Of a DNA stretch of 64,000 bases, positions 50,780 to 64,000 are shown piece after piece. The DNA is taken from positions 372,001-436,000 of the forward strand of contig OZ037769.1 of NCBI GenBank assembly GCA_964035545.1, given 5' to 3'. Both the position numbers and the translations under genes were made by a program. The notes under the pieces were generated by a model. The model ran no database searches, was not told the origin of the DNA, and was given only the letters and a program-made list of their open reading frames with translations. The first letter of the stretch is position 1. Each line of letters starts with the position of its first letter. The stretch comes from Bugula neritina. Its lineage: Eukaryota; Animalia; Bryozoa.

Positions 50780-53700
50780 ATGTGGAGGTTATGCTGGAGT
50801 TATGATGCTTCAACTTGTCTTCTGCTACATAGACATCTACACATAGAGCTGTGGAGATCATTGCTACTAATAGCTTTACTCTCGCTGAGTAACGTTTTAA
50901 CCCAGTAAGTATTTTGTTTTCTTACTGTAATGTATTTTAACTAAAAGTAGAAATTAATTAAAAATATATTTTAATAAAAATATAAGCCATGGCTTCTCAC
51001 CAAATCTGAAAATCATTAGTCCTGTACTTAATTCTAGCCATGTTGCAGTTATTAAGAGAATAGGAAAGGGAGACGGGAAAGGAATAAGTAGGGGGGGGTT
51101 GTGGTACAAAAATATATTCAGAGAAAACATTTTAAGCCAGCTAAAGATGGTTGATTGTAAAACAAACTCATTACTATTTATAATAAATTATAATTTATTT
51201 TAAATGGAATTTATATATTAATGTGTAAGAGTATCTTAACAAAGTGGTCTTCTAAGCATGTTTACTATACTAGTGATGAAGTAAATCAAATCAAGCTGGT
51301 GGAAACAGTTCACTGACTGCTGAACAAAACCCATTAGCTGAGGCAACACATTTGATTATTACTTACCTAGGCAAGAGTGATTAAGTTATCTGAAGCTTTT
51401 GAGCTAAGGGCTGTTTGATTTACTTCTTAGAGATTTCAGTATTTTGACTTGTAAATTAGCTTTTTTGCTATCATATAGAATAATAATACGTAACAGCTGA
51501 CTGTAGTATGATAACTTGTTTCATATCATATCTGTCTAAACCTGCATTGAGTAACATATTCTACGAATGCTATAGCATCTTTTGCACAGCTCATGTCAAA
51601 CTATAAAACTTATTCCTAAATATTTTTAATCAGATTATGCTAAATGTCACCCTCTAGACTTTCTCGCCATCACTCGGATGCTAAATGGAAAATGAGCCAT
51701 AAATCTTGGTCTAATATTGGCTGCCACCAGTTGCCACTTGTCAACTACAAGTGGCAGGCTTGAATCTGTAATCTGATTGGATGGTTTTAGGCTCCTGAAC
51801 AACCTGCCCCCAGTGTCAATTGCCATAAGCTTGTGGAACATTGACTTATTGGTACAAGCACTCCAATGTGCTCCATAGCTCACTGCCCTGGATAATTAAC
51901 AAGCTCTTGTATTTCTACCATCTAAATTACATTTTGTACATGGGCCAATGACTTGAAATAAATTGAATGTTACTAAATATGTAAAAGAGTATATCAAATT
52001 AAAACAAGTTGGGCGTGGTGATGTTTTTAGATTATATGATATAGTTAAAAGATTTTCCTTGCTAACAAAACGTAGATATGTTATGCATAGTCTTACACAT
52101 TCTTAAGATATAGAGTTGGTAAAGTTCAAATATCTTGTGTTGAACTTGTACATAAGGGTGAGCTTTCAAAATAATAAAAGCTAGTTGTCAAAAGTGGTTG
52201 CTATAGCATGTGACAGCTTGTGAAAGTTTAGGGCACCTGGTAAGGATACAGTGGCATGCACTGACAAGTGGTTGCAAGGTGGAAAATTTAACATAATTGT
52301 GATAATATATTGACATTGTAACATGAATGTCAAATTGTTTTCTCAAGCACTAAAACAACATCCACTTAGTACAGTTGAGTAGTGGTTAACAATAAAAAGT
52401 TGATCAGGATTAATTGTTAATTTGCATTTTGGTTTTAGAAAATCTGACGGTCTAAAAAATCTAACTTAAACGTTGTATCATTGTTAGTGATCAATAAAGT
52501 TTATACAATCATACAATATACATGACAGGAGAAACAACTCAAAGTAACTCTAGAAACTGGACTTTGAGTAGCAGTTTATATAAACCTACAAACAAAAAGA
52601 GAGAAACAATTTTAAAGATGTTTCTTTTTCAGAGCTATTAAAAAGCTTTTTAATAATTATTTTAATCTAAACTAGAATATAGAGCTAAAACCAGGTTTTA
52701 CAAAAATTTTAAGCATTTATTATCAGTTTGATAAATTTTAACAGGAATAACTTTTTGATATGGTCAAAATTTTCAAGCACTGGATCTGCAATTTTAGCTA
52801 ACCCTTTGCACCTGTTTCTCTCTCAATTTGAATGCTTCCCCACAGCAGATGTGGAGATTTACACAGCTTCTATACTCAGGGTGTTGCATCAACAGTTTGT
52901 CACTTTAATCCCTGAGTTAACTCACTTCATAATCTAATTAATTGTCAAGTTTGTGAGCAGAGCTTAGCTGAGCTACACAGGATTATGGGACAGGATTAGT
53001 GAGAATGAGACAGATTGACAGCTGCCATTAGTCAATCTACTCTCTAAACAGAAAGCAGCGTTTATTTGACAGCCAAAAAAGGTCTAACATTTCTCAAATA
53101 AAAATTGAATTTTTTTTGGTAAAAATTTGCTATTACAGTTTTTTCCTATTCACTATAAATTTAGTTTTAAAAACTGCAATTAAATTATAAAAAAATTATA
53201 AATACTTTAACATTTAAAAGCAAAACAGCTAAGGGTTATGTTTAGAGATATTAGCTACAGTTTTGAATACAAAATAGCTGTTATTTCCACTAAAAATTGA
53301 AGTTTATGTGACAAGCTGTAATGAATATTGACCAATATAATCCCATTATATTTATATACATAAGAGAATAGAATAAATATATCTTATAGATGTGGAATTG
53401 ACAACTGACATGTGTCATGTTTACACTTAAATAGTTCCTATTTTTGTATTTAGAAACTTAGTGTAGTTTTATGTTGAGCCTGTGGTCTTCATTAACCAAC
53501 CAGCCTACTCCTTATAGACCTAGGTCTAAGCAATAGGCTGTGCAATTTAGAGGCTCTAAAGCTTAATAATGATGCAAAGATTCACGAAAAAGCAAAAATT
53601 AGCAAGTTGTTTATGTACCTAAATCACATGTAAATCACCTGTAAAGAAGTGTCGTGGTAGAGTTGACAACTTAGAGCTTCTCACTGCCATATGCAGCAAC

Positions 53701-56700
53701 CTGACACCTGACATAGCTGAATCATGTGTCTGTGACACTTCTCAACTATGCTAATACAACTCAATATCCTGCATATTAGCAGAGTGGGAGAATACAAACA
53801 GGCAAAATAATTCCTTTACCTGAAAATTAGAAATAGCTTCAGCTGTGTGCATCTTCTAAGTAAGCTTACGTTTTATAACTGCACATAAATGATATAAATT
53901 TATTATTATATATCATATAAAGTAGATATTATGAAATAAAATATAATATAACTATTAGTTCAAACAAACCACCAATATACTATTGTACAAGTAAAATATA
54001 GTTTCTATAGTAATTGAAAAGTAATATTTGTTTTGCTTGGTTTTAGAGTTGACAGTGAGATAATGGCATTTAGTGACAGAGCACCTGCAAGCACTAGCAG
54101 TGAGTCAGAGCCAAGCATTGATCCTATAAGCGTCTGTCAGAACTACACACTACTCAACTCTCAGCAGCTCAATATCTGCCAGCGGTATCCACACGCGACA
54201 GCGTCAGCTATGCAAGGTTCGCTGCCCAGCATTTTACATAAACTTTGTCAGAAAAGAAGTAATAAACAAGGCAAACTTAAACCTAATTTGTTATTGAATG
54301 TGTATTAATGCAACAATTCCTTTTTAGTCTCATGACCTTAGTCTAATTAATATTTCAGTTTTAAGTCAAGGGTAGATGAATCCTCAATTTATAACTTCAA
54401 CTGCTCCTCTGTTACAGGAACCTCCATTTGCCTTTGCATAAAAAATTCATTTTTATCAGACTCTACAGAAGTGTATAGCAATAGTTAGGAATAAAGTTCA
54501 CTTAGTGTAACTGTACAGCTGCCCTTGGCTATTTGGAGTTGCTGTCAGCTGCTAAATATAGAAACTTTAGAGCAACTGACTACATCTAGTCACTTTCACT
54601 CATTAGACATACATCCCTATATAGAATGTGTAAGACAGGAGCAATGTGTTATATACATAGCTTTGTGTATGTAATCTTCAAGTGAATATTTCCAGGTATA
54701 GAGTTGTCTGTCCATGAATGCAGGAGACAGTTTATAGGCTACAGGTGGAACTGCTCCAACCTCAATCAGAACATAACCGGGACTCATGAGATCTTACAGA
54801 GAGGTAAAGTCAGCAAGATAACTTATTCAGATTGTTTAGCATTACCTGAAAACAATAAGCTGAAAAGCAATATAATTTCCTATTTTCACTCTACATTTTA
54901 TAACATGCATATATCTTGTATATAGGCTGCAGATAATGTATTCCGTAGATGTTTGATAAAACTGGAAATTAAACCAAACTCGCTGCTAATAGTTCAACAC
55001 GTCTTTAAGGATTGATTCGGGAGTTTAATTCCTCTTTAAAATAACTTTTAGCCAAACACAGTATTCCGGGAAGACAGAATTGACATGCATCGAATTTTGC
55101 CTTAATTTATGCATAAATTTAAACAATGTTATTGACACTCAAATGACAAGTTCATCCATTTGTGAGAAAAATTGTTTATTGAAATTCATAAATAACTTGA
55201 GATGAAATATTTCAGCCGAGTGCATCGCTGCTGGTGACACGTGATATTAAGTTGTGTTGAGGATCTGCTAATGCTGACAAATAAAATATTTTGATATTTT
55301 TTAATTTTAAAGTCTCAAACCACTTGCTCAAATGTGTCAGTAGATGTCACATACCAGCCGGAATGACTTGTGCAAGTGTCAATCTAACAAAATGCGCCAA
55401 AAATGTCAATGTTTGTTGTGTTGTCACACTAAGTTACCATGTCATAGCTTGCAGTAATATATGCCTGGCATATTGTCCAATCCAAGGAAACCTTTCTGGT
55501 GTGTCTATAGTTTGTCGTTTTACATCCGTAATAGCAAACCTAATTATTATAATATTGTTCAAATTTGCATATAATAACAAAGCATTAGATAATATATAAT
55601 ATACAAATATTCTAATATAAAACAATTTTAATACTTTATACATATTTAAAACATTAATCAATTTCTGTTCACGTTAACATGTAAATGAATTTACAACCCT
55701 GCACTGAGCTATATTCCAGGATCTGTTTGCAGGCTATAAGGAGACAGCGTATACCCAGGCAATAGCGGCAGCAGGCATCTTGCATCAAATAGCCAAATCC
55801 TGTGCCCTCGGGATGGTGAGAGGTTGCGGGTGTGACAGAAACCATGCCATGACTGACTTTGAGTGGCAAGGCTGCAGCCATGACTTGGGATTTGGAGCTA
55901 AATTCTCCCGCCGTTTCCTCCAGTATCAAGATGAGAGCAGCATGCAGTTCATGATGCAGGCACACAACAGCAAGATAGGCAGAAAGGTAAATATATGTTG
56001 CTGTACATATCCTTTTAATATATCAATTAGGTTACTCTACTCATGGGTCCTGTGTTATGGTGAACATGCAGGTGAACTAAAAAAAGGTTTACTATAGCAT
56101 TATGTATAATTATTTGTTTATTAGACTTTTATTTTAAGAAATAATAAATCTATTTTGCTTCAAGCACCTTGAGAACTAAATATTAAAGCACCTGCTGACA
56201 CCTGACTTGTGTTTTCAGGCTGTCATAGACAAGAAGAGCACCAAGTGCAAGTGTCATGGCATGTCCTCAAGTTGTGAAATAAAAACCTGTTGGTTGTCTA
56301 CTCCAGACTTCCATGCTGTGGGCTCCAAGTTGAAGTCCCTTTACACTGATTCTGTGCTGGTAAGAACCAAGTCTATTTTTGACTCATGCTTACTCAGAAC
56401 ATCAACTAAGTTCAAGTACATTTGCTTTTGAATTTGGACACAACACTAAAAAATATTGTTATGTTTGCCATTTGAGATTTGAGAATTTAAAAACATGTGT
56501 TTATTATATAGCATAGTATAAAGCGCCTAACATAGTATATTAAGTTTAGCATGGGCTAAATGCTATTATATACTGTTAGGCTATATTTATAATATAATAT
56601 GTACTGTATTATAAATAGTTTAGCATGATATTTTGTAGAGTTTAGCATAAAACCTAGCGTAGTATATTGTGTTTAGCATACTGTAAATAGTTTAGCATAA

Positions 56701-57175
56701 TACAAAATATACTTTTGCATATAATACACATGCAGAGTCTAGCATAGTATTATAATATATATAGTTTAGCATAGTATAAGTAGGTTAGCATAGCATATTC
56801 TAGCATATGATATGATTTCAGATTGAGAGAGAAAGCACTGATGAAGAACAAAGCTCTCCAAGTCCTGCAGCAAATTCCCCTGTAGCCACAGTTCAATATC
56901 AAAAAGGAGGGAATTTGAACAAAAAGATGGTACACTATGAGAGGTCTCCCACCTACTGTGATGCAGTTCCCGAGCTAGGAATCCCGGGAACATCGGGGAG
57001 GGTGTGTAACAGTACCTCCACCAACATAGACAGTTGCTCAGCGCTGTGCTGCGGCAGAGGCTATTTTATCAAAAAAGTTCGCCGAGTAGAGAAGTGTAAT
57101 TGTACGTTTCATTGGTGCTGCTTTGTGGTTTGTGAGACTTGCGAGTACGACGAGTGGGTGACTGTCTGTAAGTAA
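50780..57175 (+). CDS. Wnt10: Wnt10-subfamily ligand; exons 50780-50904, 54047-54216, 54696-54803, 55733-55986, 56219-56359, 56822-57175
   Basis: [79 protein letters not shown] and C-terminal [22 protein letters not shown] (the Wnt10-type ending). Splice phases are consistent (2,1,1,0,0). The start codon is less certain. Confidence 0.9.
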
Positions 57176-58276
57176 AGAGATGTCAAGATGGTCTTATATT
57201 TTGTGCAGTTTATTTATTTATCAATAATTATTATTTGTAAATATTGATCCATATGGTTGTATATATATTTTTGTTTTGTTATTGACTTTTGTTGGGATGC
57301 CACAGCAGTCAAAGTGATTTATATTTTACTTTTCATCTCACCATTTTATTGCCAATATTATTTCATAATTGTTAAATAATACATCAACTTTAAAAGAAAA
57401 CAGAAGGCATCAGGGGCAACATTTCTCTCTTAATGTATATATATTGTGTTAAATAATACGTCAGTTGAAACATAATTATGGCAGAAGTTCTCTATAGCTA
57501 AAAGATTTCATTAAGGGAGCTTATCAGGCCACCCATACAGTTGCTCTAAAATCTGGTTAACTTAGCCTTATATAGCTTAAACCAAACAACCCACATTAAT
57601 AAGCTGCTATATTAATATTGATTAGACACTAAAAAAAGAACAGACAACTCCGAAATAGAAAAATGCTTTTAAAATCAGCTAGGAATATTTAAAGTCTAAC
57701 GCAGTTACATGTGAAACTGTGTGTGTCATTTAATTTAGCAGTACACAGTATAACTTCTTATATAAAATTACTATACAAGAGTTTGACATATAAATTAATA
57801 AAATTTGCAGCCAGGAGAAGAAAACTTCTGTTGGATAAAATTTAACAACTTATACAGTTTTGCTAACATGCATTGAATTTCCGATCATGACAGTTAGCGA
57901 TAGCTAAAGTAACAGACCTCCATTTTCATAAAAGTATCTAACATCATATGCTATTGCCATAAAAAGCCTACCCAAAATGCTCAGAGTTTTAGAGTTCTAA
58001 GGCTATATACCTGGCACCATAGAAGCTGTATTAATGAGAGTGTGTGAGTAGTCTGTATACCATTGTATATATATAAAGAGTATGGTTTGACAAAACTAAG
58101 CTATAGTCATTGAACAGCCAGAGTGCAGGTTTTCAACAAATATCACATTTATATTATATGAACTGCCGGGTGCATGTCAAGATCACACAACTCCAACTAC
58201 CACACATCTACAAGCACTCTATGGAGTTTGGTTAGCTATGTAACACCTGAAACCTTATTTAAAGTAAAATATTGCA

Positions 58277-58331
58277 TGCAGATATAATAATTATTATAAA
58301 ATTATATATTATAATAATTATTATATCTGCA
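58277..58331. other. Perfect 23-bp inverted repeat with a 9-nt loop
   Basis: tgcagatataataattattataa (58277-58299) and ttataataattattatatctgca (58309-58331). Confidence 0.92.
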
Positions 58332-59081
58332 CGTTATAGTGTTTGCAGCTGATTACATAGAGATTGTAAGATGATAATTCTTTGGCCAATCATAATAAAT
58401 ATATCCAATCAACGGACTTCTAACATAAACCTAGACATTTTTCCTACTGCTTGTATATTCCAGTGGCTTTATTGACCTGAAAGGAAACTTTTATACCCAA
58501 TCAGATTAGTTATGTAAGAGTCAATACCCAGCAATCAGCCTATAAAGTTGTCATAACAAATACTGTCTATCAATAAACACTGATTAATTATATTTATATA
58601 GTTTCTAGTGAAAAGAATCAGAGCTCCTTTGACTATATTCCGGCTATACTGCAGCTGATACATGGAACTAGAAGGAGTTATTATGTTGTACTGTGTTTAG
58701 TCTATGTTTTGTTTCCAATGGCAACACATCCCATAATTCTATTCAATTTCCTTTCAGTTCATTTACCTTGCTACTTCAATAATTAATAAGAAATATTTTT
58801 ATATTGAGTCCCAATCTTATAACAAATTGCTATACATTTCTCATTAACATAAGCCTGTAATTTATTTGTAAAATACTTCCTTTAAATACATTTTTCTAAA
58901 TATCCTTTAATTACTATAATATATGATATATAATGATTATATTATATATAATATACATAATACACGCACACGCACACGCACACGCACACGCACACAGTTT
59001 ATATGATATATAGTATATATATAATTTTAAGTTCATCAAACAAGCACATATAAAGTAACATCTAATATAAGTTTTTTATTT

Positions 59082-59100
59082 TGTGTGTGTGTGTGTGCGT

Positions 59101-59132
<32 letters not shown>

Positions 59133-59428
59133 AGGTGTGTGTGTGTGTGTGTGTGTAGGTGTGTGTGTGTGTGGTGTGTGTGTGTGCGTGTGTGCGTGTG
59201 TGCGTGTGTGCGTGTGTGTGGTGTGTGTGTGTGTGTAGGTGTGTGTGTGTGCGTGCGTGCGTGTGTGCGTGTGTGTGGTGTGTGTGTGTGTGCGTGTGCG
59301 CGTGTGTGTGTGTGTGTAGGTGTGTGTGTGTGTAGGTATGTGTGTGTGTGTGGTGTGTGTGTGTGTGCGTGCGTGCGTGTGTGGTGTGTGTGTGTGTTCG
59401 TGTGTGTGTGTTATGGAAGAACTTATTA

Positions 59429-59510
<82 letters not shown>
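59082..59510. repeat. Compound (GT/GC)n plus (TA)n microsatellite
   Basis: ~330 bp alternating GT/GC run followed by an ~80 bp TA run; (CACACG)n at 58962-58995. Confidence 0.95.
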
Positions 59511-59514
<4 letters not shown>

Positions 59515-59548
59515 ATTAAAAGATTATGCAATAATTATAACTTACCAG

Positions 59549-62500
59549 GTCAGCGGCACATATTCTATTGTATCGGCACAGACAGTCTTTCAGCATTGCT
59601 AAGGAATTATGTAATGTTTTCACTATATATAGTCGGCAGCTTTGACTACAGTCTCAATGTTCTGGCAGCAAGCTACCGAGGCAGCAGCAAGCTACAGACA
59701 CTCGTTGCAGGCAGCAGGTATATAGGCTGTGGTGAGTATAGCACACTGTCTAATAGATGGAATTCATATCTGTCTCTCCAACCAGTCAGCACTGCTGTAT
59801 TTAATATATAATGTATTATAGTGTTATATGTAGCATATCAAATCATGTTTCTATGCAGTGTGATATAGCAAAATATTATACTGCAACATAATATATAGTA
59901 ATAAATTCATTATATATTACTTTTTGTAATATATTACATTAAAATTAGAGAAAAACATTCAATAAATCTGTTTATTAAATTATTATTTTGGAATGGTATA
60001 TATTATGTTAACTTTCAATAAATATTATTTCTTACAGGAAATTTAAATACTGCGTAGTATACAAAATATAATATAATATGTATACTAGTATTTCATTATA
60101 TATTTTATAGTAGCAATAACTTCATTGTTTATAATAAATTATGATTTATAATATAAAATTAGATAAATTTGTCAGATTTACTATTACATTGTAAAGTCTT
60201 AAATATAGTAGTATAATAATAAATTTAAATGAGTAATTAGCATTGCAGGTGAATTTATTTGCAGGTGAAAAGTTGCAGGCTATATAATCTAGTAGTGCAT
60301 GAATATGGCACTAGGAGAGACTTCCCTCGGGATTCTACTGATTATAGGTTAATACAAGTTATGTTATTGAGTGCAGTTTAAAGGTTATGATTATAGGTTA
60401 ATACAACTTATACTACAGAGTGTGATTTCTATAATACGATATATTTTACGTATAACGCTGTACATCCTTCGATACTTATAGTATCAGTATTTTGTAGTGT
60501 TGCTGCAGTGCTTCGAGTCTGCAAAAATAGTTTGTCCGGGAAAGAAGCACTTACAGCGAGACTACACCATTTCCTGTGCTCACGAAGGTCACGAACCCGA
60601 CATCGAGGATTTGCAAGCTTGCCTGGTAAAGGAAATATATATGGATAACTCGGCACACACCTGTTCCACGTTCGGTTCTTGTGTGGTAAGTTGAATTGAC
60701 ACGTGAAGATATGAAAACTCTAAATACTATAGCACCAAATTTTAGTAAAATGCATCAAATTAATGAAACCTTGAATTCAACTAAAATTTGGCAAATTATT
60801 TAATATTTTAAACATTTAATTATATTATATCTCATTCCATGTTCTAGCTTCGTAATTAAACTTCTCTTAGACGTAGCTGATGCATATGAAATCTACAACT
60901 AAAAGTAAATTCTTTCAAAATCATAGTAATATTATATGCTACAAAAATTGCCCTTTTTAAATTAATTGTTTCTGAAATTTTCTATATTTTACTGTAAATA
61001 TAACTAAAAAAAGTTTTTAAATTATTCCTAAAAAATGCAGAAAGGATTAAAGTAATATTTATTGCACTAAAAAGTAAATTCGGGAACTATGCTTTTTAAA
61101 CAATTTTGTATTCTTTTGTATTATATATTACAGTAGTTCTATATAGTGAGTAATCTAAATTGTCCAGTAGAGTTAGGAGTTGAAGTATACAATGAGATAT
61201 AAATAAGTTAATGGATCTTTGTAGGCAATAAACATTAAGCTGGCAACAGATGATAAGGAAGGTGCTGAAGACATGATATGGAGCTTTTCTGGGTGCTATA
61301 AAAAGCAGATGCCTATAAAGATATGCGCTATAGACCACGAGTCAGGTTAGAATTAATAAATAATATAATAATTATTATAATATATTATGCTAAATGTTTA
61401 TATTTGCTATATAGCATATTTTAATTACATACAATTACTGTAAAACATGCTTTATATATGCACAATGAATTAGGTTGGGGAATTTTCATATTATGTAACA
61501 TACACTCCATCAACTCTTATACAAAAGCTATAAAATGTATACTAAAAGCATCACTCTAAAATACAAATCTTTTCCTTTCTCTAAATAGGCAAAATATACC
61601 AATTTTAGTTTATAAGTTTGACAATTAGATGCATTATAACAATTTATTTATAGAATATACAACTGGAACAACAATGAGCTCTACAAGTGCATCTTCAACT
61701 GCACCGACCTCCACTCCAACATTCAGTACATCAGTCTCAACTACACCCGGTAACACCACCACGTCTGACGCCACCTCTACCCCTACAACCACTGGCACCA
61801 TTACAACAGAGGTGAAATATCTGCTCAATATACAACTATAAACAAAATCAAGATAATTTAAATAAAAATTGCATGTTTCTATTTCACCATTTTGAAAGTT
61901 TACTTTGTAAAAGTTGAGCCAAAGTTTGTTGTATTATTTCATGTAACAAATGTATTCTCTAGATTCATCAATCTCAAGTTATATACTGTTTGTGTTTCAG
62001 CCTGCTGCTACTAGCACAACGTGTTCCAGCACTATGAGTACGTATTTGTACTATAACTGTTGTCTCTAGAATCGTTTAGCTATATTATAGTTATTTATCA
62101 TATTTTTATAAAAAACAAGAACATGTACTATATGGAATTATTACTAGATATTTTATGTTTCTATATCTATTACTATATTACTTATATATAACTTCTAATA
62201 ATTTTAAATAATTATTAATATAGTTTTAAATATAATAGCAATATATTTGATTAAACTTTTGCAGTGAGGTATGATAGATTAAAAATGACATATTTTTAGC
62301 CGAAAAGACTGTTTGGTATAAAACTGCAGGTTTATAAACCAAAACTTTCTCCAAACAAAAGATGTTACAAAATAGGAAACATTTGAAGTTATTATATTTA
62401 GATCGAGTTGCATTGTGCGCCTATTTACTCTGACATATATATAGCTACCTTAACTCAAAAGTAGAAATCCTAAATTAGTTAATAAAATATATTAACATAC

Positions 62501-63714
62501 TATTTTGAAGTTAAATATATAATGCTGCGAACACTGTAATTAAATATTGATTTGAGTAGTATAAATAGTCTTGGATCAAATAGTGTGATTTTAAATAAAT
62601 ATATCAATACAATTACCAGCTAATTGGTTTATTCCTACAGCTCCCCTGCCCCCTCTAGAAGGATGTTATACAGCAACAGTCACCTGGGAGAAGAACCGTT
62701 GTGCCGTACAGAAGCAGATGGTAAGACTAGTCAACACCGAGAACAGGAGAGATTTGGTTCCAGCATACGTACAGGTTGTGGGTTGTTGCGACACAGACGG
62801 CTGTGAGGTGGCTGGGCGCAAAGAACGTGAGAAACTAAAAATAGACATTGTTGGCTTGCAGACTTGATACACTGCAGTAGAAAATTAGCATCAAAAATAG
62901 CTAACTGTTATAGTTGGTTCAAAGAACAAAGTATTTGCACACAATCAAATTGAATTTGATAAATATATGTTTTATCCACTATATATCTGTTTGAGGCACT
63001 TCTGCCATATAGAGTTGATTCATAAACTATTTGACGTATAAGATTGTATAATAGTGGAGATATCATTTCAACCACCAATTAGTATGATCTATATTATAGC
63101 TGTAAACTATAGTACCATACATGTTTGTAGAGAGTCACACCTGTAGATTTGGATCTGGCAAAAACGTGGTGAGTGTTCCATGTGCGTCGGACTGTTTCAC
63201 AATTCTTACCAACAAGAATGGCAAAGAAGAGTGAGTAAATGTGTTGAGCTATTTTTAGAACTTACAGTTTAGCTTCATGAAAATACAAGTTTTAATCAAA
63301 TTTCTAAGTAGAATGATAAAACTTTTTTTTTGATTGTGTTAATGAAGACCTATAATGTCGGAAATTAAAAGGAATATCAGTTACAGTGAATGTCACTGAA
63401 AGTTAGCAAAGGAACATCTCTTGCAATACTCGCGTTTAATTATGCCACTGAAAACTGTTTATATAGTAAATGTCTAGCAAGTTTGAAACATATGAGGTTT
63501 AAAGAAATTTAGGTTCGTATAAGAAAACTAGCAAAAGTATTTAGACAAAGTAAAATATTCTATTCCCTCTGGATGTAGAGTGATGCACGGGTGTCTCAGC
63601 GACTTCAAACACAAATACCTTGAAGAGTATGACGACGACGACGTCGAGTCATGTTCGTCGGACTACAGGAAGGGGATGTGTAAGGACGTCAAGTTTGGAG
63701 AACAATCAGAGGAA
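59549..63714 (+). CDS. Paralog of the gene at 1-2495 (Cys-rich / Thr-Ser stalk / LU-like), both ends unresolved; exons ~59549(or 59633)-59731, 60498-60685, 61225-61345, 61654-61811, 62001-62037, 62641-62826, 63131-63230, 63579-63714; terminal exon not seen in the window
   Basis: AINIKLATDDKEGAEDMIWSFSGCYKKQMPIKIC vs [31 protein letters not shown]; PLEGCYTATV..RCAVQKQMV..VVGCCDTDGC vs [30 protein letters not shown]; MHGCLSD vs AHGCLND; shared intron phases. Confidence 0.75.
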
Positions 63715-64000
63715 GTGAGTATGGTATAGCCTTTTTAAGTATAATTTAGTTTAAAGGAGTACTTTTCCACTGTCCCAACTTGCATGTTAGCTATACTCTA
63801 AGGAACTGAACTGACACCAGCAAAGTTTCCAGGATAGGAGATGATAACTTCACATGAGTTTATTATGTTGATTTACAATTTAGATTGTAAAACACTGATA
63901 TTCTAGCTTGAGAAAAGCTGTCAGAAATAAATTGTTCCATTGGCCATGTAAAAAATAATAAAATTGCAACATGCTTGCAAAAAGCAAATTTACCCAGAGG

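Noticed and set aside
59076-59602. His/Thr- or Cys/Val-rich ORFs
   Set aside because: Translations of (GT)n/(TA)n microsatellites
60243-60347. Extra exon or triplicated ttgcag|g acceptor in the last gene
   Set aside because: Phases are incompatible with the flanking phase-1 junction 59731->60498, and the repeats are short and irregular

Overview
AT-rich, intron-rich animal (invertebrate, probably lophotrochozoan-type) genomic DNA; no prokaryotic features. By joining GT-AG exons by hand I reconstruct six genes. (1) The 3' part of a mucin-stalk/Cys-rich Ly6-uPAR-like GPI-anchored protein (+, 1-2495), with an in-frame TAG in one exon. (2) A complete 15-exon conventional protein kinase C (+, 5041-16835) with a 13-His insertion in its C2 domain. 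(3) A 4-exon secreted TSP1-repeat trypsin-like protease (+, 22297-29264). (4) A 23-exon GPI-specific phospholipase D, GPLD1 (-, 46764-30369), with a ~2.8 kb TIR element in intron 6. (5) A 6-exon Wnt10 (+, 50780-57175). (6) A paralog of gene 1 with matching exon structure (+, ~59549 to beyond the window). The most striking pattern is that at least seven splice sites in four genes are tandemly duplicated (units of 20-55 bp, 2-11 intact copies). In each case the exon-proximal copy gives the conserved protein. Many other introns carry locus-specific minisatellites next to a splice site. All exon models are sequence-only inferences without transcript data.
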